Shown here in pieces: positions 1 to 10,400 of a DNA stretch of 64,000 nt (positions within the stretch are counted from its first letter, which is position 1; every line of letters starts with the position of its first letter). A program made the position numbers and the translations under genes. A model generated the notes under the pieces. It saw only the letters and a list, made by a program, of their open reading frames with translations, was not told where the DNA came from and ran no database searches. This DNA is from Yuukianura sp. NJ FZ-2021. Lineage: Eukaryota. Location: assembly GCA_046563655.1 (NCBI GenBank), contig CM102290.1, positions 13,888,001 through 13,952,000 on the forward strand, in the 5' to 3' direction.

Positions 1-333
1 AAAGAGAGGAGCCTTAAGGTACATGCTACAGTATGTTGATCATCATTGTCTAAATTATGGTGCGGTGGGGCTGGGTGGGAAGTGGTTGATAGAACATAAA
101 GCATGTGGCAGTACATGTGCCCCACGGTTTCATGCACATGGAGGTTGAATCCATTGGCAGCCGACAGTTGGCAGAAGACTTGAAACATAAAATAAGGCAG
201 AGTTTTCAAAGGAAATGAGTTCCATTTCATGATTCCGAGTCCTTGTGGAGGGAAGCGTGAAACCAGGCAGAGCGTTTTGCTTGAAGAAAGAAGCCTTAGA
301 ACTTAAAGTTGAAAATGAATGTAAGGGCCTTAC

Positions 334-518
334 TCTTTCATTGACTTTGACGGCCCTGTCGGAGAAGACAATGGCTTTGCAGTACGTGTGTGACAGACTC
401 GGAACACGACGAACTGCAGTGCCGCCCTGGAAAATTTGAATGTTTTCTCCATGGACAGAGTGGAACCGAAGGGGTGAAAGGTTTGAATCTCCCGCTTTCT
501 CGTCCTGCCCAACTCCGC
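334..518 (-). CDS. neur: neuralized coding exon 2 (start of NHR1 domain)
   Basis: 185 nt, canonical AG/GT boundaries, NHR signature residues. Confidence 0.88.
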
Positions 519-2241
519 CTGTCAAGTTTCAAAAAATAAGTTAAACAGGAGTAAAAACAGAATTTTTTACCCCCTCTAAAATGCTTTTTAAACTCCGAGA
601 AGATTTGAGAGTTTGAAAGTAAATTGCGTTTACATATGGTTTTGGATTTGAGTTTTTAAGTACAGAAAATGAATGGGAATAATACATCGTGCTATCTACT
701 AACAGATCCTGGGAACCGGCAGTTTTTGAACTCCTTCATTTCAAGTTTTACTAAACTTTCCGTTTCCTGGTTCCAAGCTGTACTGTGTATCAACATGGGT
801 ACAAGATTTCAAAGTTAAAAGTTGAAAATACAAAAAAGAATACAAAAAGTTGAAAATTTGAATTCGACAAAGAAAGTAACTGTTGGATTCACAGGATTTT
901 TCAAAACGTTCTTGTTATGAAACGATGCAAATTTTAGAAATTTAAATAATTAACAACATCAAAAAAAAAGTTTCTTAAAATTGAACAAAATTTTCGACAG
1001 AAGAGGCAAAAGTCAAAAGAAAAACTGTATCAAAAACAATAAATTTGACACAAAAATAAATTTGATTGTTAATGGCATGGAGGTATGACAAAAAAAAATT
1101 CTAAAAATTTTGTCATTAATTTTTCCGAAAACTGCAAACATCAAACGATTTGTACTTTAAAAGTTCAGAAGCCTAAAATTTAGTCACTGTAACTTTTGCA
1201 TTTGTGTTACGTTAACTAAACCAAAATTCAATCTTTTTGAAAACTTTTCAAAATTTTCATAGTCAAATTTTTAAATAGTTTTAACAGTTTAGTGTTGGCG
1301 ATACAGGAAGCATTGTGAGAGGGAACACAGGACTACGGTTTTTTTCTTTTCCGTTGGTGTGAAAGCAGAAGTTAACGGAAAGAGTGAACTCTAACCTAAA
1401 CATTTTCCTTCCTTTTGCTTTGCTTTTAAATTTTGAATTTTTTTGAAATGTGGCTGAGGGCAAAGGGGATGATGGTTTCCGTAGAGCCTTGTGCTTAAAG
1501 CAGAATAAGAAATTGGTTCTAGTTCGTGATTCCTTCCATGAGAAACCCACCACCGTTGCCACCGGAAACAGGACTTCACAGGCCCACTTCCAGTCATAAA
1601 CGGCTCTAAAAAACACAAACCATCCCTCTAGGTTCCTTCAGGCCAAAAGACTCCCAGTTTCCGCCCAACCTACAAAATGTGTCACATCGCTGCTCATCCC
1701 CCCGTTTCTCACAGGAAACAGCGATTTTTAAGGGCTCCCCTACCCTTACTTCAGCAAACGTTGAAAAATTCTGAAAAATTTGAAAATTTGTCTTACCAAT
1801 TCCAATTTTGCTTTGGATTTTCTTGATGGCTTTGACATTGGAGATCCATGGAGCACAAGTTGGCGTGGGGGTTGACACATTATCGGAGTGGACGCGTGTC
1901 GGTTGAAGTGGACCAGGAGAACACTGATTCAAAGCAGGACTGATTTCCTCAGCATCCAAACAATAGGAGTTGAGTGTAGCCAGAGCATTGGCATGAACTT
2001 GAAGATGATGCGAAGGCATGGACAGAGGACGCGGAATCTTGGGGCGCTGAATTCCGGGCACCGAGGCGTTGCGTCGCTGCGTCCCACCGGTGGAGTTGAC
2101 ATAGTGGATTGGGTGGCTCATTGGCCAGGAACGTGGGAGCAGGACGCCCATGGTGCTGTCTTCAGAGCTGCAGGGTGAAGGTTGACCTTTGGAGGGGGAT
2201 GAATGCGGGGTGCGTGGGGAGTAGTAAACTGTTGCGGCCAT
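334..2241 (-). CDS. neur: Neuralized-family E3 ubiquitin ligase, 5' part (coding exons 2241-1797 and 518-334); gene continues left of the window
   Basis: Exon 518-334 encodes LRFHSVHGENIQI...YCKAIVFSDRAVKVNER, the start of an NHR (Neuralized homology repeat) domain. Upstream exon starts MAATVYY and ends ATT G|gtaaga, phase-compatible with acceptor ag|GC at 518. Next donor is AGA|gtaagg at 333. Start Met is uncertain (MGVLLPR is an alternative). Confidence 0.85.
1797..2241 (-). CDS. neur: neuralized coding exon 1 (N-terminal low-complexity region ending in a basic motif)
   Basis: 445-nt open frame with GTAAGA donor; phase 1 matches the next exon. Confidence 0.7.
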
Positions 2242-2699
2242 CAAATTGGCACAACTCACAAAAGATGACACACGAGTAGAAATGTCAAAGGTCACAGGCA
2301 CTCAAGAGCTGCTCAAACGGCGTTCCTTCCCAGAAAGCGTCTCTGTTGCAAAAATGGTTGACTGTGACTTGGGTTGGGGAGAAAGCAGAGGAGAGAGGTG
2401 CTGTCGGGTGCCCAACTTTTTTTAAACTGTGAATGAAACTGTTCAACTCCACACGGTAGAAGGGAGAAGCAGTGTAAAATGGGCAGATGATGCAGCTGTA
2501 AAGGGGGATTCAGCAAAAAGCCCTGGCAGTCGCGTCCTACATCCATTTACACGCCCCTTGGAATTACACATTAAATTTCAAATTTTTTAAATTTTGAGAG
2601 TTTTTGATAAAAAAAAACTCATTAACAAATTTCAGCAAGCAAGGGCTTCGTACAAAAAATTAAACAGTATCTGATTAAAGCAAAATTTTCAGCATCGAT

Positions 2700-3010
2700 T
2701 AGCATTAACATTAGCAAGGGGTACTGGATTAGAAGTTATCTCATCAAATTAAAATTTTAGGTATCCCTGATAGCGTATAAGAGATATCCCTGATATCCCT
2801 GAGATATCCCTGATATCTCATTAAGTTGAAATCTTAGGTATTCCTGAAAGCGTGTCTCATTAAGTTGAAATTTTAGGTATTCTTTTGAGTTAGCAGTGTC
2901 ATGAAGACGAAATTTTAGGTATTTCTGGGAGTTAGCGTATTTTATCGAGGCGAAATTTGAGGTACTCCAATGGATTTGCAGTATCTCATCACGGGGAAAT
3001 TTTAGGTACT
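2700..3010. repeat. Degenerate minisatellite of roughly 36-39 bp (core aaattttaggtat...tctcat)
   Basis: About 7 diverged copies of gaaattttaggtat plus internal gatatccctga repeats. Confidence 0.75.
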
Positions 3011-3264
3011 CGTTTTTAAAGAATTTTGCATATTTTTTTCTAAGTTTTGGAAGCGTCTCCTATCCATTTTAAAACTTGTTGAGTGGATGTGTGTCGCAGA
3101 CTGTCGTTTGCTCTGAAAAGGGCATATGGATGTATTGGATTTGTGCAAGCCGGGTATGGATGGATCCCTTGTGCACAACCGGCTTTGGTTGAATTGGAGA
3201 ATAATGGAGGGGAACAATGGGTCTGAAAGAATTAAAGGGAAGGAGAGGGGGCCCTTTAAAGGGA

Positions 3265-3400
3265 CAGTTGGCACGAGGCCCAGGGTCCCAGGCCAAGTCC
3301 ACTTCCAGGTGTTGGCCACTCCACTGGGGCCCTTAAGGGCCCTGTGGCACGCGTAACCAGAGCGGCATAAGGGCTCTGGCCAGGTCGCGTGGCAGCTGCT
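3265..3400. promoter_or_regulatory. Candidate enhancer upstream of neur with clustered bHLH activator and repressor motifs
   Basis: GC-rich island with CACGAG (3272), CAGGTG (3306), GGCACGCG (3346-3353), CGCGTG (3386) and GCAGCTG (3392). Confidence 0.4.
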
Positions 3401-3840
3401 CCAGCTTAACAACACTTCCGTCTGCTCTCCTCACAAGCAACATCTGAAAATCGAGAACCTGCCTTCCGCTTGCTGAATGCCACATTTCACGACAAAGCAG
3501 CTTCTTACTTTTCAAAAAATGAAAAATCAAGATATGAATCAATTTTTTTGACAATTTTAGTATAAACGCAAGGTTATATTAAAAAGAAAACTGAAATTTT
3601 TCCAGAACAGTTTCTATGACAACAAACGTAAATGTTTTTGTTGACATAATGACGGAAGTCAGGATCAAAATTTTGAATTTTTTTGTCTGTTGAGTTCCTC
3701 CGCTAGCTAGCGGCCGACGAAAGTTGTGCTCTCGCTACTTTCCTGGAAGAAGGTTAGTTGACGTTTTTTGACGCATGACGTCTTTTTTTGACGCATTTGA
3801 TGACACGTCGTTTCTGAATTCTTGCAGATTCGATTTCAAG

Positions 3841-6227
3841 ATGAGCGATTTCAACAACAACAGAAGTGACAATCAGCATCCGTATCCCTTCGCTCCTCCG
3901 CCGTGGAACCGAGGTGAGGTCAATGACCTTGGCTTGAGGTCAACGACCTTGTTTGAGGTCAATGACCTTGGCTTGAGGCCAACGACATTGTTTGAGGTCA
4001 ATGACCTTGATTTGAGGTCAATGACCTCAGCTACTAAATTCGAACTTTTCTGAATTTTATGATTTTCGTTTGGTTTTAGTTGCTGTTGAGAATTATGCGA
4101 TCGGACACAATTTCCTGTTTGAGCATTTGAGACACGGAGATATGAATACATGGGAAATGTTTAACAAAGATGAGGTCATTCCGCTGCCAACGCCTAAGTT
4201 GTCATGGATTCCAATTCGGCTGGACCCTGGTGACAGAGTGTCAACTTTTTTGAAGCCGCTGAAGCTCACTCAATATGTCGTACCGGAAAACTGGCAACCG
4301 AGACGGTTTGCCGGCGTTGCCGGTCTCTGCGGCGGCAAGTTCCGGCACGAACCGAACGGTGGACAGGCATTTGAGAACGCCATGAAAGATATCCGAAGAG
4401 CCTTCATTACGATGCAGTTGGACAAGGGCGCTTGCATCAAGGAGTTCCTTCCGGATGACGTCACTTTCGAAGAAACCTTGGCACTCGGTATACTTTTTCA
4501 CAAATTTCAAATTTAAAAAAAAATTGAAAAGTGTGTTTTTTAAAGGTGATTTCCTGTTTGAGAATCGACACAGACTTCCAGTCCGGCAAAATCCGTTTTG
4601 TCGACCAACGCCAAATTTTTGTGACCCAATCCAAAATTTTCAAATTCCTGAACCCATTCCGGGCATGTGCGGTGTTCCAAATTTTGGGAGTTGTCCAAAT
4701 TTCGCCAGCGGTACAACTCCTATGAGTGGACCAAATTTTGGAAGTGATCCATTTCCAAGCCATTCGAGTGGACCAAATTTTAACAACGGTAATCCAAGTT
4801 TCTCTACTGGTCCATGGCCAGCATCTTCAAGTTGTCCTACTCCGACGAATCATCCAACCTTCGCTGGACAAAATTCATCAACTGGTCCAGGGACAAGTGA
4901 CTCCAGTGGTTCAAATACTGCCAATTTTCAAAGTATCTTTCCTGATCCATGGCCAGTACCACCTTCAAGTTGTCCAAATCCAATGAGTTATCCGAACTTC
5001 TCTGGTCAAAATCCAACTGGTCTAGGCACAAGCCACTCAAGTGGACAAAATGCTGACAGTCTTCCAAGTTTCTCTAATGGGCCATGCCCAGCACCTGCGA
5101 ATTGTCCAGCACCTTCGAATTGTCCAAACATCTCTGGCCAAAATTCATCAACTGGCCAAAATTCACCAACTGGTCAAAATTCATCGATTGGCCAAAATTC
5201 ATCGATTGGTCAAAATTCATCGACTGGTCAAAATTCATCAACTGGCCAAAATTCATCAACTGGCCAAAATTCATCAACTGGTCAAAACTCATCAACTGGC
5301 CCAGATAAAAGTCACTCCAGTGTAGCACATGATGTCATTTTTCACAGTTTGTTTCCTTTTCCATGGGCAGAACCGGCAAGTAGTCCTCGGAGTCGTCCAA
5401 GTTCCTCTGGCCAAAATTCTCCCACTGGTCAGAATTCACCAACTGGTAAAAATTCTCCAATTGGTCAAAATTCACCAACAAGTCAAAAATCATCAATTGG
5501 TAAAAATTCAGAAACTGGTCAAAATTCATCAACTGGGCCAGGTACAAAGAACTCCAGTGGACCAGATACTTCAATTTTTCAAAGTTTCTTTCCTGGTCCA
5601 TGGCCAGTACCTTCGACGAGTCCTCCGATTCGTCCAAACTTCTCTGGACAAAATTCATCAACTGGTCAAAACTCAATACCTGGTCAAAATTCGTCAAGGG
5701 GCCAAGGGCCAACCATCTCCACTGGACAAGATGCTACCAGTTTTCAAAGTATCTTTCCTGGTCCATGGCCGCTACCTTCCAGTAGTCCTCCGCGTCGTCC
5801 AAACTTCTCTGGCCAAAATTCATCCACTGGTCAAAATTCATCAACTGGACAAAATTCATCAACTGGACAAAATTGCCGGAGTGGACCATTCACAAGCGAC
5901 TCCAGGTCTCCAAGGTCTGCAAATCGTGCATGCCCACCTCCCTCGAGTGGCCAGTCTTTTGGAAATCGTCCACCCGATCCAAAACCTTGGAATGGTCTAC
6001 CAGAAGACAAAGAATGGAACGCAGTGCGCAGAACTATCATGTCGATCATGCGCAGACCAGATCCGAAACCGGTATCTTCAGAAACCGAGTCGACGGTTGA
6101 GCCGGATCCGGAACCCGGTCCGAGTAGCGGAATACGGACTCCGTGGTTTCCTAATCCCGACGCAAGTCCGTTCACTCCGCGCATGGCTCAGGTAAGTCCT
6201 GAGGAAGAACCGACAGATCAATGTTAA
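3841..6227 (+). CDS. Uncharacterised protein of about 720 aa (exons 3841-3913, 4080-4487, 4546-6227): putative globular N-terminal region plus long Ser/Gly/Pro/Asn/Gln-rich repeat tail
   Basis: ATG at 3841 follows a probable 5'UTR intron (3753-3827). Two phase-1 GT-AG introns (3914-4079, 4488-4545) join three ORF-track frames into one 2163-nt frame. AATAAA at 6292. No family recognised. Confidence 0.7.
3916..4028. repeat. Intronic tandem array of six 19/20-bp palindromic units (gAGGTCAaTGACCTt)
   Basis: Units start at 3917, 3937, 3956, 3976, 3995 and 4015. Confidence 0.92.
5135..5875 (+). repeat. Coding 18-bp tandem repeats (ggtcaaaattcatcaact = GQNSST) in four blocks
   Basis: Blocks of about 9, 7, 3 and 4 hexapeptide units in the 4455..6227 frame. 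Confidence 0.9.
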
Positions 6228-6983
6228 AAACTCTTTATTTGAACACAAGTTTCTAGCCGAAGCAAATTAATCATGATTCATGATTGGTGTAAATAAATTT
6301 AAAATTTAAGTTTACAACTAATCCAACGCTGGTCCTACACTTTTTCAAAGCTAAAAATTCAATTAAAAAAAAACAACAACCTTCACATTTGTACGAAATC
6401 AGTGGCCACATGACACCACTGCATCAGTTGTCCACTCAACCCTCAAAAAGCAAATTTTCAAAAAGTCAAATTTTCAAAAATCCAAATTTTCAAAAATTTT
6501 CAATTTTTGTTGAAGAGAAACTTCAAGTGTCTCCATTTTGTCGCTCCCTAGTTAAATTTCACTGGTTTCTTTTAACTTTTTTTAACTAAACAACACAGAG
6601 TATGAAAGGCTAAAATTAAAACAGTTTGTACACGTATTAAAGTCTCAGTTGGAGACTGAAATTGGGGTTAGCTGCCAGGAAGAGCAATGTTAGCCTTGAG
6701 GTCACTCAAGGTCAACAGGTCAACTTGACCTAGGTCAAGTTCAGGGTTAATACAAAATATCAAGTTATGAGAGATTACGCAGAACCAGTCGCCTTTCCAC
6801 ACTAAAGAACAAGTACTTTATAATATTTCGGAGTTGATTATAATATCTTTCCTTTGGGGAGCTAACTCATAGACTTAGCAGTCAATGTGCTGCCAAGTAT
6901 CGAACAAAGTAACCAAATGCTTAGAAAATACTTGGCATCAAAAGGGAGTCTGTACAGACATGTAACTTTTAGAGTGTACTGGG

Positions 6984-7158
6984 GGTAGCACGCCATAGCG
7001 TCGAATGAAATGTTCCGAAGTCAATTACTTCGAATGAATTGCTATGAAACCAATTGCTCCGAAAGACAAGTCGGGCGTTCGGAACAATATGGCATTGAAT
7101 AATTGAATTCGTAGGAATTCGCTTCGGAGAAATTCATTCGGAGAAATGGCATGGAACC
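6984..7158. mobile_element. MITE with internal attgctccgaa/ttcggagcaat sub-repeats; relatives at about 18765-19092, 32300-32385 and 62060-62220
   Basis: Imperfect inverted arms ggtagcacgccat...atggcatggaacc; flanks gtactggg/gtacaggg match at 7 of 8 positions. Confidence 0.65.
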
Positions 7159-7241
7159 GTACAGGGAGTATTTAGAGTTTAGTTACAGTTGGGAGATTAA
7201 GTTTAAAATAGTTAGAAATAAATTAGAGATTAGGAAGAGTT

Positions 7242-7468
7242 CTAGTAACACTTCTTGGAGCAAGCACATTTCTTAATTATTTCAACATCTTTGGTATAAC
7301 TTGTACCGTCGTTACAAATTAGTCTGACTCGACGACGGCGAGAACGTTTTGGAGTGCAGCAAGTTTCACCACAACTCCCCACACAGGCTGCAATCTTGAG
7401 TGGCCTCCTCGACCGACACCCATGTTCTGTGTAGTAGTCTTTATACTGCTCCTTTTTACAAGTGGGGG
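7242..7468 (-). CDS. slit: slit exon 33 (cystine knot, stop codon)
   Basis: 227 nt, [12 protein letters not shown]...[10 protein letters not shown]...[10 protein letters not shown] then TAG. Confidence 0.94.
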
Positions 7469-10400
7469 CTAAAAATTTTGAAATTTTTTGAAAACTTTGA
7501 AATTCTGTTTAAAATTTGAGGAAATGTTAAAATTTTGATTACCTAAATCACAAAAACGGCCCCCGAAACCTCCGGTACACTTACACTCGTAGTCCTTCCT
7601 GGATTTGGAGGGAATGCACCTTCCGTTTTTGCAACGCGAGTCTTTGCAAACGTCTTTGGGTTCTCGCGGGTTAACTTTTGTGGTGAACGTGGATTGCACT
7701 TGCGCAGCAGTTGCGGAAGTTTCTTTTTCTATTGGTTCCTCGTCCTGGATGCTAGCACAGCCAGGCTGGACACCTTGTCTTCTCTTGGCATTTACAAAGT
7801 CTACTCGCTTCTGGTTAATGTACACAAGGCTCAAACATCCTGGTAGCAATAGATAAAAAAAAGTTCATAATTTTGGAAAATCATGTTGGTTTTGAAGTAA
7901 TTTGAATGATTTGAAGTATGGAATTTTGAAATTTCACCGTGAAAGGAAGTACTGTTTCGTAGGTGCCAGAGGTTGAGGGCAGTCGCCGCAGCACTCGACG
8001 GCAACCCGCCAATGTACAGTGGCGTAGTCAACTTGAGCGAGTCCTTGTCTCCATCGTTGATGATACTTCGAGCTTTCCCGCCATTTACTCGCATTGTAAA
8101 GTTTTTCTTATTGGCAAGCAACTCGATTGTGTGCTCTTCTCCGTCAGCTATCATCTCGTAGCTGAAATAAAACACAAGTATCCAGTATAAATATGTAAAT
8201 TAGAATGTAAATAATAAATGGAAACTAACCTGTACATGGTCGAAGAGGGATAATTCCCAACGTCGTAACTAATTCGAACTCTACCAAGGAATAGTTCAAC
8301 AGCGATATGCTGGGATTCTCCATTGTAGAGGATAATACCGTTGAGCTCCGTCGTGGACAGGACGAGCGTAATGTTCGTGTCAGGTTTGGTTCTAAGTGGT
8401 TCCAGCTCTACCCAGGAACCATTGCTCCCGATGCTGATGCTCGACAAGGTCTCGCAGCGTTTCCCTACATGTCAAACCAGACTAGTTTAGTACTTTGACA
8501 TCAAAGAATTAGCAGGAGTGAGACTTTTTTGGCCAAACGCTTACCAGACCACCCCGACTGACATTTGCACATGTAATCAGCTGAGTCTGGCGGAAGGAAA
8601 CAGAAACCATGGGCACAGTCATTGTCTTGACAGGGTGAAGTCTTTGGATACAACATGGATACACTCGGAGCCACTTCACAGTACCGCCCAGCAAACTCCT
8701 CAGTGCACTGGCAAGTGTAGTCATTGACTCCATCAACGCAGGTTCCGCCATTCTATAAAACAGAAACATGTCAGATCAAGGTCATCATCAGTATCCAATG
8801 TACAGTTCTAATTGTGTATCTGTTACCTGACACATGTGACTGACACAGTCATCAATGTTAGTGCTGCAGTTAAACCCAGTGTATCCTGGTAAGCAATTGC
8901 AGGTATAATGTGAAAAGTGGTCCAAACACTTTGCTCCATTTCGGCAGGGGTTGTATTCTCTACTGCAAAATGGAATCTTCTTCTCACAGTACTCTCCTGA
9001 AAGTAACAAACATAAAACGATTAATTGACGATTAATAACAACGGAAATAATGGTTTGTTCCAATCAATACCGATGAAATTTAAAAAAAAATTCAGCAAAA
9101 GTGAAAAACAAACGAAAGTTTCCTCCCCCGATCCGAAAAACTTTCTCCGAAAAACTTTCCCCGGTCCAGTTTGAAACTTTCAAGAAATTTTCTTTCAAAA
9201 TTCAAAGGGAGAAAAAAAATTTCCAAAAAAATTCAATTTTTTTTAACACGGATGACCAGTTTTACTGAATAAATTTAGGTTTAGTTTACCCTAAATCCTC
9301 GCATATACCGCACGCGGACCAGTAGTTTTTGGCGTTCGAGAAGAAAGACAAAATAAAATTATCGGTGCAAGTAAAGAAAACTTTTGAATTCTTAAGGCAA
9401 TATCGTCACATGTCTTAAAACATCGAAGGTAGTAAAAGTTGGTGCGGTATATGCCAGGATTTATGGTAAATTGCTTTAATTTGCGTTAATTTCTACCTTG
9501 GAATCCCGATTGGCAGTCACATCTGTATTTTCCAACCAGATCAACGCAGGTCGAGTTGTTCTCACATTTGTGTCGCAGACAGTCGTTTTCGTTCTGTTCA
9601 CACCGATGACCAAGGTACCCCTTGGGGCAAGTGCAGCTACAAGGTCATCAAAATCATCTTTGCTATAACTTTTCTCTAAACTTTTAATTTTAAAAATCTC
9701 TGAAAGTTGTACCTAAAGCGTCCTTCTTCCAGGACTTTACAAATTCCGCCATTAGTGCAAGGTTGTCCATAGCAAGCGTCGATGACTTGCTCACAATGGC
9801 GTCCTGCTCATACCAACACAAGTCAAGGTTAAATTACAGCAGCCAAAAAAGAAAACAGGGTCAGTGACCTCGGATATTTTGACCTTTACCGTGATATCCC
9901 GGAGCGCACTGACATTGGTAGTCCTTCCTAGGCATTGGCAAGCAAGAGGCTCCATTTGAACAGGGGAACTTAAAGCAGGAGTCGCATTTGGCTCTGACGG
10001 TGGCTGGAATGTTTTCTGGAAAGACGTCAAAGTGTCCATGAAGATCCATCAGTCATGCAATTCATTTCAATCAATATCTAATCCTGCCCGACCGCATTAA
10101 CGTGGCCAGAATACTCGTCAGGCTTTATAAGCAGGGATGTCAAAAATATGTTCTAAAAACACTCGAAATATTGACAAAAAAATATTTTGTAAAAAGCGGC
10201 CAAATATTTACTTAGTTTAACTTTAGGGGCATAGGCAAACAAATAAATATTTAACAGTAAAAACCTGGCAAATTTTTTTTGTTAACATTACGGGCATGGA
10301 GACTAAATATGTTTGACATCCGTGCTTATAAGGGAAAGAACAAAAGAGGAAGATGGGCGTATGGAGATTAAGGTTTGTGCTCAATTGTGTATTCCATACC

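Noticed and set aside
3916..4028. CRISPR-like appearance of palindromic direct repeats
   Set aside because: There are no unique spacers and no cas genes, and the context is a eukaryotic intron.
3775..4053. ORF with repeated EVNDLGLR peptides
   Set aside because: It is read-through into the palindromic intron array; the donor at 3914 gives a better gene model.
5041..6195. Alternative-frame and antisense ORFs (LVKIHQ and FDQLMN repeats, up to 288 aa) overlapping the orphan gene
   Set aside because: They stay open because the 18-bp repeat lacks stops in several frames. Only the GQNSST frame is splice-compatible with the upstream exons.
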